From an uncultured Lachnospiraceae bacterium (GTDB lineage Bacteria; Bacillota; Clostridia; Lachnospirales; Lachnospiraceae), in NCBI GenBank assembly GCA_947625755.1, contig CANQPJ010000005.1, positions 15,832-79,831 on the forward strand: 64,000 nt of DNA, read 5' to 3'. Of this stretch, positions 1 through 9,951 are shown piece after piece. Each line of letters starts with the position of its first letter. Within the stretch, counting starts at the first letter, position 1. The notes below the pieces were generated by a model, which saw only the letters and a list, made by a program, of their open reading frames with translations, had not been told where the DNA came from and did no database searches. The position numbers and the translations under genes were made by a program.

Positions 1-42
1 GGAGCTGATTTCCACCTCTTTTATGATATGATTGTTCTATCT

Positions 43-1452
43 TTATTTTTTCTTTTTCTTTTTTCTTTCCTCTTTTAATATCGGCTGGAATCTTTCTACT
101 TCCTTTGCAATCACATTGCTCATTACAAGTAAGCAGATTAGATTTGGAATTGCCATCAATGCATTGGCAATATCTGAAAAGTTCCATACCACCTCAAGCG
201 TTGTTGTAGCTCCAACAAATACTATAAGACAGAAAAATATTCTATATACCATATTATATTTATGTGTTCCAAATATGTACTCGAAAGCTTTCTCACCATG
301 GTATTCCCAACCAAGAATTGTTGAAAATGCAAACAACACAATTCCTATTGTTACTAAAATACCACCAAATTCGCCGATAGCTGATTTGAATGCAAGAATT
401 GTCAATGCTGCGCCTTGTACTAATTCTCCATCTGCACCAACGGTTCCCAAAACTCCTGATGATGCAATGCAGAGACCGGTAATCGTACATACAACAATAG
501 TATCCCAAAATGTTCCTGTCATGTTAATATAACCCTGACGTACCGGATCATCTGTTGTGGCAGCTGCGGCTGTGATAGCAGCAGAACCCATTCCTGCCTC
601 ATTGGAAAATACACCACGGGCTACACCAAATCTCATGGCATTCATCATACTTGCCGTAATTGTACCAGCCACACCACCTGCAACTGACTGTGGTGAAAAT
701 GCCATCTTAAATATCATTACAACACCGGCAGGGACATTCTGTATATTTACAATAATAACAATCAGACCAGCCAATACATAGAAAATAGCCATCAAAGGAA
801 CAACAACTGATGAAACCTTTGAAATTGTCTTGATACCGCCTACAATAATAACCAATGCCAGTATCGTTAATATAATACCTACGATTTTTTCGTCAATATT
901 GAATGTACTCTTTAAGGAGTCCGAAATGGAATTTGCCTGAGTCATATTTCCAATACCAAAGGAAGCCATTATTGCAAATATTGCAAAAAGCATACCGAGA
1001 AATGCACCTATTTTTTTGTGCTTAAATCCTTTTTTCATTGTGTACATTGGTCCACCGGACATTTCCCCGTTTTTATTTACCTCACGGTACTTAATCGCCA
1101 ACATACATTCACTGAACTTTGAAGTCAATCCAAAGCATGCTGAAATCCACATCCATACCAAAGCCCCCGGTCCGCCGGAAACCATGGCTGTTGCTACACC
1201 TACAATATTACCGGTTCCAATCGTTGCCGCAAGCGCAGTCGTCAATGCTGAAAACGGTGAAACATCACCTGTTCCTCTTTTTGTGGTTCTTGCTTCTTTG
1301 CTCAATGTGCTTTTTAAAGCATATCCCAGATTTCTCCAAGGCAGAAATTTTAATCTGATTGTAAGAAAAATTCCTGTTCCTACAAGAAGTACCAGCATAA
1401 CCGGTCCCCATACGAAATCATCCACTACTTTAATAATGTCTGAAAAATTCAT
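43..1452 (-). CDS. agcS: Alanine/glycine:cation symporter (AGCS family)
   Basis: 469 aa polytopic membrane ORF with family motifs ALAATIGTGNIVGVATA, GGPGALVWMW, RGVFSNEAGMGS. Confidence 0.9.
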   Translation of the reverse strand: MNFSDIIKVVDDFVWGPVMLVLLVGTGIFLTIRLKFLPWRNLGYALKSTLSKEARTTKRGTGDVSPFSALTTALAATIGTGNIVGVATAMVSGGPGALVWMWISACFGLTSKFSECMLAIKYREVNKNGEMSGGPMYTMKKGFKHKKIGAFLGMLFAIFAIMASFGIGNMTQANSISDSLKSTFNIDEKIVGIILTILALVIIVGGIKTISKVSSVVVPLMAIFYVLAGLIVIIVNIQNVPAGVVMIFKMAFSPQSVAGGVAGTITASMMNAMRFGVARGVFSNEAGMGSAAITAAAATTDDPVRQGYINMTGTFWDTIVVCTITGLCIASSGVLGTVGADGELVQGAALTILAFKSAIGEFGGILVTIGIVLFAFSTILGWEYHGEKAFEYIFGTHKYNMVYRIFFCLIVFVGATTTLEVVWNFSDIANALMAIPNLICLLVMSNVIAKEVERFQPILKEERKKKKKK

Positions 1453-1498
1453 ATTTTTTCTCCTTCACTATAAAATATAAATATGCGCTGTTTAACGC

Positions 1499-1532
1499 AA
1501 AAAAGGAGGCGCTTAATACAGCTACCTCCTTT
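1499..1532 (-). terminator. Intrinsic terminator-like hairpin in the agcS 5' leader
   Basis: Minus strand AAAGGAGG-UAGCUGUAUUAAGCG-CCUCC-UUUUUU, about 15 nt downstream of a sigmaA -10 box. Confidence 0.55.
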
Positions 1533-1546
1533 GGTAAACCAACATA

Positions 1547-1575
1547 ATTTTAAAATTATTTTCTTCATATGTCAA
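1547..1575 (-). promoter_or_regulatory. SigmaA promoter of agcS
   Basis: TTGACA-17 nt-TAAAAT on the minus strand. Confidence 0.7.
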
Positions 1576-1617
1576 GTTCTATTACATTTCGCCAAAAAAT
1601 CTGCATATAGCTGTAAT

Positions 1618-2043
1618 TTATTTTATGTCCAAATCATTTAGAAAATCCATGATGACTTTCCTTGACTCTGATGTCTTCTTTACAACCACTATCACGGCAA
1701 TCATCAATACCGCTGCTGAAATTCCACACAAAATCATATTGTCTGTCTGCATTTCATATACAGACCATGAAAATCTGACAACAATAAAACATAAAGCCGC
1801 AATTATCAGTACATAAAGGTAAAATGCAAAAGTAAACCCTCCTTTGATTTTACACCCTTTTTCATCATCAACAATTTTTCCTTTAAAAATAATCGGAACT
1901 GTTTCTGTACGGTTAGCTTTTTCTAATAAAAGAGTCATCTCAATGCTGTTTCCAATCTTTTTGATAACAATATTGTTCTTCTTTGCTTTATTCAACATCA
2001 CATTGAATAAACTTTCTTTGTCCGTATTATATTCAATCTTCAT
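1618..2043 (-). CDS. Hypothetical membrane protein with two C-terminal TM helices
   Basis: 141 aa ORF with SD (GAAGG) and two hydrophobic segments; follows porB. Confidence 0.7.
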   Translation of the reverse strand: MKIEYNTDKESLFNVMLNKAKKNNIVIKKIGNSIEMTLLLEKANRTETVPIIFKGKIVDDEKGCKIKGGFTFAFYLYVLIIAALCFIVVRFSWSVYEMQTDNMILCGISAAVLMIAVIVVVKKTSESRKVIMDFLNDLDIK

Positions 2044-2097
2044 GTTTTCACCTTCTACTCGATGCAGGTATTTTTCTACTACAATATCTGCATCCGG

Positions 2098-3030
2098 CTA
2101 TCTGCTGCACTGAAACAAAAGATCTTCCCATCTTCTATCTACTTCTTTTTGGTACTCCTCAATTAAGTGCTGGTTTTCTGGTTTAAATAAATGTTTAAAT
2201 CTTCCCTGTGTCTTTAAGAATTCTTCGATTGGAAGTCTTTTTTTCGGCTCATAGTTTAATTTCCATCTGCCATCCACAACCTCATAAAGCGGCCAGTAGT
2301 TTGTCTCAACTGCCAGTCTGCAGATTTCCATAATATCATCTGTCTTGTACTTCCAGCCTGTCGGACATGGAGCACACACATTCAGGAAAGCCGGTCCGTC
2401 TGTATAAATAGCACGTTCTGCCTTTGTATGTAAATCTTTAAATCCATTAAAAAAGGTTGTCTGCGCCGCATACGGAATATCATGGGCTGCCAAAATTGCC
2501 GCAAGATCTTTTCTATACTGTTCCTTACCGTTTGACTGGCTTCCTACCGGTGTAGTCGTAGTATCTGCATACATAGGGGTAGCAGATGATCTCTGTGTAC
2601 CGGTATTCATATAGGCACCATTGTCATAACATACATAGGTATAGTTTGTTCCACGCTCCATTGCGCCGGACAGTGACTGGATACCAATATCATAAGTGCC
2701 GCCATCACCGCCAAAACAGATAAACTTATAGTTTTCTTTTATCTTTCCTTTTCTTTTCAATGCCTTGTATGCACCCTCCACACCACTCATTGTTGAACTG
2801 GTATTTTCAAATGCACTGTGAATGTAGCTGTCTTCCCATGCCACATACGGATACTGAAACGATGACACATTTAAACATCCCGTAGCGCACCCGATAACTG
2901 CATGGTCTCCTTCATGCAGTCCGCGAAGTACGTTTCTGGCACAAATCGTAGCTCCACATCCCGCACACATTCTATGACCAGGAGCAAAACGTTCCGGCTT
3001 ATTCATTGTCTCTTTAAAATTGTAACCCAT
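2098..3030 (-). CDS. porB: Pyruvate:ferredoxin oxidoreductase beta subunit (TPP-binding)
   Basis: CAGC, GCATGC, GGDGGTYDIG TPP motif, YMNTGTQRSSATP, CPTGW. Confidence 0.92.
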   Translation of the reverse strand: MGYNFKETMNKPERFAPGHRMCAGCGATICARNVLRGLHEGDHAVIGCATGCLNVSSFQYPYVAWEDSYIHSAFENTSSTMSGVEGAYKALKRKGKIKENYKFICFGGDGGTYDIGIQSLSGAMERGTNYTYVCYDNGAYMNTGTQRSSATPMYADTTTTPVGSQSNGKEQYRKDLAAILAAHDIPYAAQTTFFNGFKDLHTKAERAIYTDGPAFLNVCAPCPTGWKYKTDDIMEICRLAVETNYWPLYEVVDGRWKLNYEPKKRLPIEEFLKTQGRFKHLFKPENQHLIEEYQKEVDRRWEDLLFQCSR

Positions 3031-3031
3031 C

Positions 3032-4225
3032 CTATTTTGCCTCCTTATCTCTTAATCCGATATATCTGTGTGTAGGTCCTATATCACCGGTCTTTACAAT
3101 TTCCATCAATGTAGTGTACACGCTTTTCATATCGTCTACCGTAACATCTCTGCCGCCAATACCATACATGATATTGATTGTCTTTGCTGTGCAGCCGCCG
3201 GTATACATTGCCTGCATGGTCTCTGCTCCGACCGGACCTCCATTGGTTGAAAATGATTCGCTTCTGTCCATGATGGCTACTGCCTTACATTTCTTTAAAG
3301 AAGCTGCAATTTCTGCACCCGGGAAAGGTCTGAAGGAACGAATCTTGACCAATCCTACCTTTTGTCCTTCCTCTCTCATCTGGTCAATGGCTTCCTTTGC
3401 AGTACCTGCTGCAGAACCTATAATGACCATTGCATACTCTGCATCCTCCATCTTATATTCTTCAATCAGACCGTATTTACGTCCGGAAATTTTTTCAAAA
3501 TCTTTTGCCACATCCAAAATTACCTGTTTCGCATTTTCCATGGCATGTGCCTGTGCTTTTCTTGATTCCATGTAATAATCAGATACGGCGTATGGACCGA
3601 CTGCAAATTTTTCTTCCGGATTTAAAAGATACTCAACCGGTTCTCTTTCTCCTACAAATTCTTTTACAGTCACATCATCCAAAAGCTCCATGTTCATCAT
3701 GGCATGACTGGTAATAAAACCATCCTGACAAATCATAATTGGAAGCATTACGTCTTTATGTTCAGCAATGTTAAATGCCATTACCATATTGTCATAAGCC
3801 TCCTGATTGTCCTCTGCATATAACTGAATCCAACCGGAATCTCTTGCCCCCATGGTATCAGAATGGTCACAGTTAATATTAAGCGGTCCTGTGAGCGCAC
3901 GACATACAGCTGCAAGTCCTACCGGCAGTCTGCTGGAAGCTGCAACTCCCAGTACCTCCCACATAAATGCAAGACCTGCTGATGATGTAGCTGTCAATGC
4001 TCTGGCTCCTGCCGCAGAGGCACCCATTGCCGCACTCATGGAACTATGCTCCGATTCTACCGTGATAAACTCTGTATCCACCAGTCCATTGGCAACATAG
4101 TTGGAAAAATACTGTGGTATCTCTGTAGATGGTGTAATAGGAAATGCCGGGAATACATCTGGATTAATCTGTCTGAGTGCTGTTGCCACTGCCTCATTTC
4201 CTGACATTAATACTTTCTTTGGCAT
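3032..4225 (-). CDS. porA: Pyruvate:ferredoxin oxidoreductase alpha subunit
   Basis: GNEAVA, FPITPSTEI, VESEHSSMSA, TATSSAGL motifs. Confidence 0.92.
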   Translation of the reverse strand: MPKKVLMSGNEAVATALRQINPDVFPAFPITPSTEIPQYFSNYVANGLVDTEFITVESEHSSMSAAMGASAAGARALTATSSAGLAFMWEVLGVAASSRLPVGLAAVCRALTGPLNINCDHSDTMGARDSGWIQLYAEDNQEAYDNMVMAFNIAEHKDVMLPIMICQDGFITSHAMMNMELLDDVTVKEFVGEREPVEYLLNPEEKFAVGPYAVSDYYMESRKAQAHAMENAKQVILDVAKDFEKISGRKYGLIEEYKMEDAEYAMVIIGSAAGTAKEAIDQMREEGQKVGLVKIRSFRPFPGAEIAASLKKCKAVAIMDRSESFSTNGGPVGAETMQAMYTGGCTAKTINIMYGIGGRDVTVDDMKSVYTTLMEIVKTGDIGPTHRYIGLRDKEAK

Positions 4226-4227
4226 AA

Positions 4228-4530
4228 CTATTTCACCTCCATCTTAATTGCGTGAAATGGGCATGCTTTGACACATATTCCACATCCCTTGCAATGATCT
4301 AAATCAATCGCCTGTCTTTTATAATCCTTTACAGGAATACAGCTGTCCGGGCAGACCGGCACGCATAAAAGACATTGTTTACATTTTTCTTCATCAATTA
4401 CCGGCGCAACTGCAGTCCAGTCACCTGTAATAAACTCTCTGGTCGTACCGCTTCCTACAATGGTATTTCCTCTTGTCACATCCTGCCAGCACACGTCCTG
4501 ACCTAATTTTTTAATATCCGACTTTGCCAT
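4228..4530 (-). CDS. porD: Pyruvate:ferredoxin oxidoreductase delta subunit (2x[4Fe-4S])
   Basis: CKQCLLCVPVCP and CKGCGICVKACP ferredoxin motifs. Confidence 0.92.
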   Translation of the reverse strand: MAKSDIKKLGQDVCWQDVTRGNTIVGSGTTREFITGDWTAVAPVIDEEKCKQCLLCVPVCPDSCIPVKDYKRQAIDLDHCKGCGICVKACPFHAIKMEVK

Positions 4531-5102
4531 TATCTTACCTCCCTTAGCGCCATCCTAAGTGCATCCATATTACCTTTTATTACTTCCGGCTTTTTCGCAA
4601 ACTTATGCTTAAATGAACCTTCCATCTCTTTCAGAAATGTCTCATCATCAATCACACCTGTTATCTTTACAATAGCTGCAAGCATTGGTGTGTTAGGAAA
4701 GTTCTTTCCCAGGGTATCCATAGCAATCTGTCTGGCATCAATTGTGTACACTTTGCCTTTATATCCTTTTAAAAGTGGAATTATCTCATCTCTGCTTTTG
4801 GATGTGTTAATCAGTATGGCTCCATCTGCACGAAGCCCCGCTGTTACGTCTACAATTTCAAGCAGTGTTTCATCCACTACTACTACAAACTGCGGTTCAT
4901 AAATATTAGAATGTACGCGGATAGGAGTATCACTGATTCTGTCATACGCCGTAATTGGAGCTCCCATCCTTTCAGGTCCGTATTCTGGAAATCCCTGTGC
5001 GTTTTTTCCTGTTTTAAAAGCCACTTCTGCCAGAAGAAGCGCCGCTGTTTTAGCGCCCTGTCCTCCGCGACCGTGCCATCTGATTTCAAGGGTATTATTC
5101 AT
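4530..5102 (-). CDS. porC: Pyruvate:ferredoxin oxidoreductase gamma subunit
   Basis: EIRWHGRGGQGAKT, FPEYGPERMGAP motifs; TAATG overlap with porD. Confidence 0.92.
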   Translation of the reverse strand: MNNTLEIRWHGRGGQGAKTAALLLAEVAFKTGKNAQGFPEYGPERMGAPITAYDRISDTPIRVHSNIYEPQFVVVVDETLLEIVDVTAGLRADGAILINTSKSRDEIIPLLKGYKGKVYTIDARQIAMDTLGKNFPNTPMLAAIVKITGVIDDETFLKEMEGSFKHKFAKKPEVIKGNMDALRMALREVR

Positions 5103-5205
5103 ATCTTTTTCCTTCTTTTTCTTTTCTTATCTCAATTGATTGTATCAGCCGTCAGAAAACCGACGCTGATCTTTTTGCTGTGTCGTTAAAAAACACGCAA
5201 TTTTT

Positions 5206-5233
5206 ATTATATCAAAGGTTGTCATATTTTCAA
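5206..5233 (-). promoter_or_regulatory. SigmaA promoter of the por operon
   Basis: TTGAAA-16 nt-TATAAT with TGn extended -10. Confidence 0.55.
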
Positions 5234-5355
5234 GTTTTTTGGCAGGAAATCATAGTATCTCCATCATCCAAAATTTTCATGCAACAATTTTCAAAATATA
5301 TTACACTATATCTGTGAAGGTGTTAAAGCTTTATTACCAGATAAAGAGGTACGAT

Positions 5356-5901
5356 ATGACATACGACAGAAAATTATTAACCGCTTCTATGAACGGTGAC
5401 CAACAGGCATTTGCCCTGCTCTATGATGAAATTTATCCGGAATTATACCGCATGGCAATTTATATGTCAGGCAATGTGACCATTGCAGATGACCTTGTGA
5501 GTGAAACAGTTCTTGCTGCATATCAAGGCATCAACAAACTCAAATCACCGGAGGCATTCGAAGCTTGGATTTTTAAAATTATGTCCATTATAGTAAAACG
5601 GAGTTTCCATCAAAAATATCACAGTTTTTCGGTCTTTCATCCGAATGCCGTGGAAATGGATACCATCGGTTTGAAAGCTTCAGATTGGTCGGACAATGAA
5701 ATTATAAAAACTGATTTGCTCAATGCAATGTCAAAATTAAAATACATAGACCGCCTGATTATTTCGTTATGTGTTCTTGAAGGCTATTCTAGTCGTGAGG
5801 TGGGAAAAATTCTTTCCATGAATGCCGCTACGGTCCGTTCGCGTCTGAATCGTAATCTGAAAAAATTGAAAACTGAATTGGAGGAACATGGTTATGAGTA
5901 A
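5356..5901 (+). CDS. ECF-type sigma-70 factor
   Basis: Region 2 (AFALLYD...LYRMA...ADDLVSE...FEAWIFKI) and region 4 (GYSSREVGKILSMNAATVRSRLNR); ATG at 5356 follows SD AGAGG. Confidence 0.85.
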   Translation: MTYDRKLLTASMNGDQQAFALLYDEIYPELYRMAIYMSGNVTIADDLVSETVLAAYQGINKLKSPEAFEAWIFKIMSIIVKRSFHQKYHSFSVFHPNAVEMDTIGLKASDWSDNEIIKTDLLNAMSKLKYIDRLIISLCVLEGYSSREVGKILSMNAATVRSRLNRNLKKLKTELEEHGYE

Positions 5902-8197
5902 ATACTTTCATCACGATATTGAACAGGAAAATAAAAAAATTGCAAACAAACTGTTAGAGGAAAGCCGGACAATTCCAATTCCAAACCATCAGACATTTGA
6001 CGAATTGATTAAGAATACGAAAAAAAGCAGTTGCAGTAAAAAATATGCAAAAATTTTTGAAGGAAAGCGAAATAAAATTGCTGCACTGGCTGCCTGTCTG
6101 ATTGTTTTGCTTGCCACAGGAAGTTTCTGGTCCGTAACCCAAATTGCAAACAATCAGTTTGAAAATAAAAATCCGTCAAAAACCAAAACAGATTTCACTT
6201 CCCATCAGGCTCACGGATACAACGAAGTTTTTAAAGCATTTGAAAATGCGTACTCTCATACCCGGTCTTTTGCAACAACTGAATCTGTTTTGTCAGATAC
6301 CATTTCAGCGGCAAAAGAAACTGCAAAGTCAGCAAATGACGCCACAGATTACAGTACCACCAATGTACAGTCTGCCGGAATTGATGAAAATGATTTTGTA
6401 AAGACCGACGGAACATATATTTATTCCGTAAAACAAACGCCTAGAAAAAAAATTATTTACATTACTAAAGCAGAAGGGACGTCCACCCGGACAGTTTCTT
6501 CCATAACGGTTTCCCAACTGCCTAAAAAAAGTGATACCACGGAAATTTTTTGCGGAATTTATATTTATAAGCACTATCTGATTGCCCTGTACACGAGAAA
6601 TCAGTATTCTACGAACAACATGATAAGAGAATCCGTAAACTATAATTCCTATGATACATGTGGTAGTTCAAAAACAGCAGATGTTTTGTCTCCGTCTGAA
6701 TCACAAGTCATTATCAAGGTTTATAATATTTCTGATGCCGGCAATCCGAAACTGCTTCACACAAACACACAGGAGGGAGCTTACGTTTCTTCCAGAATGA
6801 AAGATGCTTATTTATATACAGTCACTACGGTCACTGCAAGAACTGCTTTTGAATATCCAACGGCATCCTATGACAAAAATTTTACTTCACTTTATGATGA
6901 GAATTGTATTCCAAAAATAAATGAAGTAAAGGTTGACCCCAAAGATATTTATGTGCCGGATAAAATTGATGTGCCGGGATTTTCCATTGCCACAGTTCTT
7001 GATGTGACAGACAGTTCTGACTTTAAAAATTCCGTTTGTGTTGCCGGAAACTGCGACCAGATTTATGTGAGTGAAGACAATTTGTATTTGATAAACAACT
7101 ATGATGACATTATAGATTCATCAGAAAGAGAGAATCCTTTCCAACAGAAAAAACTTAAAAAAGGAAACCAGATAGAAGATAATGTCCGTTCCATGAAAAA
7201 ACAGATAAAAGAATCATGTCCTGAAATTTCAATAAAAAAAATTAAAGAAGAAGTTTACCGCAGGGACATCAAACATATTTCTTTCATTAATATTATCAAA
7301 TTTCATTATGACAAAAGCAAATTGACTTTTGTAGCGGATAATCAGTTCAATGGTACTGCTTACAATAACTTATTTTTTGATGAAAAAGATGATTGCCTGA
7401 GGTTTGTATCCTCCATGGAACCTGAATATAATACCGGTTTTCAAATTAATTTATATGATAAAAAAAATCATTTACTTTCATCATATTACGATGCCCGCAA
7501 ATATAAGTTTTTGCCGATTACTTCGCAGGTGATGGTATTAGACCAAAATTTAAACAAAATTGCATTGATTGACAATCTTGCCAAAGGAGAATCTCTCTAT
7601 GCTGCCCGGTATTTAGGTGGTTATGGATACTTTGTTACCTTTCAGGAAAAAGACCCTCTATTTTCTGTCGATTTTAATGACATGAAACATCCAAAAATCA
7701 TTTCAAAACTGAAGCTTCCGGGCTATTCTTCCTATCTGGGGTTTTATGGTAATAATCTGCTTTTTGGATTTGGCGAAGAAATAAAAAAGGGAAGTTCACG
7801 ACTGAAACTGGAAATGTATGACATCACAAACGGAAAAGCTATTCAAAAGGCAAAACAATATGTAGGAAAAACAGATGCTTATTCTCCTGCACTTGACGAC
7901 TACAAACAGCTTTTGACAGACTCGGAAAAAAATCTGATTGGCTTTTATTATGATGATGATATTAGTGGTAATGCAAATGAATATATTCTTCAAGCTTACT
8001 ATACACTGTATACATATGAAAAAGAAGAATTTCAGTGTATTGCAAAGATTCCTTTAAAAGATTGCCAGCCAGACAGCATTAAAGGAATATATATCGGAGA
8101 TTATTTCTATATTGTTGACTGCAATCATGGGATTTACAGTTTTAATATGAGCAAGCCGAAAACAGAACGAAAAATATTTTATAAAAAATATAAATAG
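5888..8197 (+). CDS. Membrane-anchored beta-propeller domain protein, probable anti-sigma/sensor partner of the ECF sigma
   Basis: Overlaps the sigma gene; short N-terminal cytoplasmic part, one TM (IAALAACLIVLL), then Beta_propel-type motifs STTNVQSAGIDENDFVKTDGTYIY, ESLYAARY, YFVTFQEKDPLF, LKLPGYSSYL. Confidence 0.75.
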   Translation: MVMSKYFHHDIEQENKKIANKLLEESRTIPIPNHQTFDELIKNTKKSSCSKKYAKIFEGKRNKIAALAACLIVLLATGSFWSVTQIANNQFENKNPSKTKTDFTSHQAHGYNEVFKAFENAYSHTRSFATTESVLSDTISAAKETAKSANDATDYSTTNVQSAGIDENDFVKTDGTYIYSVKQTPRKKIIYITKAEGTSTRTVSSITVSQLPKKSDTTEIFCGIYIYKHYLIALYTRNQYSTNNMIRESVNYNSYDTCGSSKTADVLSPSESQVIIKVYNISDAGNPKLLHTNTQEGAYVSSRMKDAYLYTVTTVTARTAFEYPTASYDKNFTSLYDENCIPKINEVKVDPKDIYVPDKIDVPGFSIATVLDVTDSSDFKNSVCVAGNCDQIYVSEDNLYLINNYDDIIDSSERENPFQQKKLKKGNQIEDNVRSMKKQIKESCPEISIKKIKEEVYRRDIKHISFINIIKFHYDKSKLTFVADNQFNGTAYNNLFFDEKDDCLRFVSSMEPEYNTGFQINLYDKKNHLLSSYYDARKYKFLPITSQVMVLDQNLNKIALIDNLAKGESLYAARYLGGYGYFVTFQEKDPLFSVDFNDMKHPKIISKLKLPGYSSYLGFYGNNLLFGFGEEIKKGSSRLKLEMYDITNGKAIQKAKQYVGKTDAYSPALDDYKQLLTDSEKNLIGFYYDDDISGNANEYILQAYYTLYTYEKEEFQCIAKIPLKDCQPDSIKGIYIGDYFYIVDCNHGIYSFNMSKPKTERKIFYKKYK

Positions 8198-8252
8198 AAA
8201 TTAATGCAAATAGAATGATTTTCATTAAAACACTGACACTGCAAAGCAAAAA

Positions 8253-8294
8253 TTCTCCGGCAGGAATCACCTTCACGGCGTTCCTGTCGGAGAA
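8253..8294. terminator. Hairpin between convergent genes
   Basis: ttctccggcaggaa-N14-ttcctgtcggagaa inverted repeat with one G-U position. Confidence 0.6.
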
Positions 8295-8306
8295 GATAAC
8301 ACTGAA

Positions 8307-9914
8307 TTATAATTGTTTTAAATAATTCTCTATATTCATATACATTATTTTATCATCTTCAAAATAATCCTCACCTCTGTAAAGTATGTATTTGGAAGTA
8401 ACTTTTCCAAAACGGTTTTCCAGTTCACGAATCTTATTTTCATCCACTAAATTTCTATAATGTTTCTGTTGTATTTCTTTGGCATTGACAATTTCAAACA
8501 CTGTACATTCATTTTTCTCCGTGTCATACACAACCATGTCAAAACTTCCTTCCGGTAGACGCAACCGAAATGCCCGATACCTTTTCGAAATTCCTCTGCA
8601 TGTTTCTATCAAAACAATATCCTTTAAAATAGAATTTCTGATTTCTTCTAATATATCTTTGATTATCGTGCTTTTGTCAGCCTCACTTATAGTATCAACC
8701 TTTAATTCTTTGAAACATTCACCGATGAGTTTTTTAGAATTCAAATATTTTCTTCCCGGCTGTAAAAATAAAAATTCTTCTATATCCTCCACTGTATCAT
8801 TCATTCTTTCCACCGGACATTCTGCAATATAATCCAAATCTTTTATCAGATTAATAATTTTCCTATTATAAGGAACAGTGTGAAGCCTCGGTTGAGACTG
8901 CTTTTCCTTTCTCCTGTCCCAGATAAAAGTTTTGGAAGATGCTCCTGATTTTTTGCTAATAACTTCCCTTGTCAAAATTCCGGACAGAAAATTGTGGCAA
9001 ACAGCCTTTATTTCATTATCAATATCTATATCTGCCGCTTCGTTGTTTTTTCCAACCGATTCACCAAACTTTGGACGATCGTTTCCCAATACACCTCCAT
9101 ATTCAATATATCGGTCCAAATCATCATCATTCATTAACAAACTGTGCTCTCTATACGAAATATATGTAGTATGAATCATGACTGCTCTTTCGTATAATTC
9201 CCCATGAACCGACTGCCAAAAACTCAAAGGCTCCTGACCGGATAGAACCATTTTCATTCCGGTGGCAGCAAAAACATCTGACAACACAGAAGCCGATTCT
9301 ACAAAATCACTGACATTAGAAATATCTTCAATAAATACATATCTTACCTTCTTATCATACAAAGCCTGAAGGTCCTCTGCCAATTCCTTCATGGTATTTG
9401 ACTTTATTATTTTGATATAAGCACACCGATCCAACTGTATTTTCGGCATATTAAGCAGTGCCTGTCTGATTAATGTTGTCTTTCCGGTTCTGCGTAATCC
9501 ATAAAGCACACAAACTTTATCCACTTCAGGGCTGTTTAAATAATTCATTAACTGCTTGATACAATCTCTCATGGCAAGTCCCCGAACTGCCTCTCCCATA
9601 TCCTGAAGGGCAGTACCAAACACAACATTTGTTTTATATTTTTCTTTATGGGGAACATAAGGCACAACCTCTATGTGTTTTTTCTTTTCTGATTTCAGTT
9701 CCTTTAACTGCTTTTCCAGTGCTTTTCTTTTGGCAATCTGGCTCTCCATCCGTTCAAGTTCGCCTTTTTTTATGTACTTGCTTTTAACCTTTCCATTTTC
9801 TGCCCACTGTTGGTAATGATAAACATTTCCATTAATATTTTTCTTTGAAATATAACCTATTGGCAACATGGAAATCTGTATTTCCAAATCTTCAATCATC
9901 GCTGTGTAATCCAT
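8307..9914 (-). CDS. AAA-family ATPase with small N-terminal domain and C-terminal PD-(D/E)xK-like domain, catalytic motifs degenerate
   Basis: Walker A YGLRRTGKTT; Walker B position reads YVFIED; C-terminal FDMVVYD...FEIV. Confidence 0.7.
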   Translation of the reverse strand: MDYTAMIEDLEIQISMLPIGYISKKNINGNVYHYQQWAENGKVKSKYIKKGELERMESQIAKRKALEKQLKELKSEKKKHIEVVPYVPHKEKYKTNVVFGTALQDMGEAVRGLAMRDCIKQLMNYLNSPEVDKVCVLYGLRRTGKTTLIRQALLNMPKIQLDRCAYIKIIKSNTMKELAEDLQALYDKKVRYVFIEDISNVSDFVESASVLSDVFAATGMKMVLSGQEPLSFWQSVHGELYERAVMIHTTYISYREHSLLMNDDDLDRYIEYGGVLGNDRPKFGESVGKNNEAADIDIDNEIKAVCHNFLSGILTREVISKKSGASSKTFIWDRRKEKQSQPRLHTVPYNRKIINLIKDLDYIAECPVERMNDTVEDIEEFLFLQPGRKYLNSKKLIGECFKELKVDTISEADKSTIIKDILEEIRNSILKDIVLIETCRGISKRYRAFRLRLPEGSFDMVVYDTEKNECTVFEIVNAKEIQQKHYRNLVDENKIRELENRFGKVTSKYILYRGEDYFEDDKIMYMNIENYLKQL

Positions 9915-9951
9915 ATCATTACCTCCAAATCTAAAAATATCTTATAAAACA

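Noticed and set aside
32-532. Plus-strand ORFs in the track (e.g. 32-532, 1016-1480, 19304-20044, 21750-22190, 60882-61382) and similar short overlapping ORFs
   Set aside because: They are antisense or alternate-frame shadows of well-supported genes, without SDs or recognisable motifs.
1453-1617. Glycine riboswitch or T-box upstream of agcS
   Set aside because: The leader is too short and lacks the respective conserved motifs.
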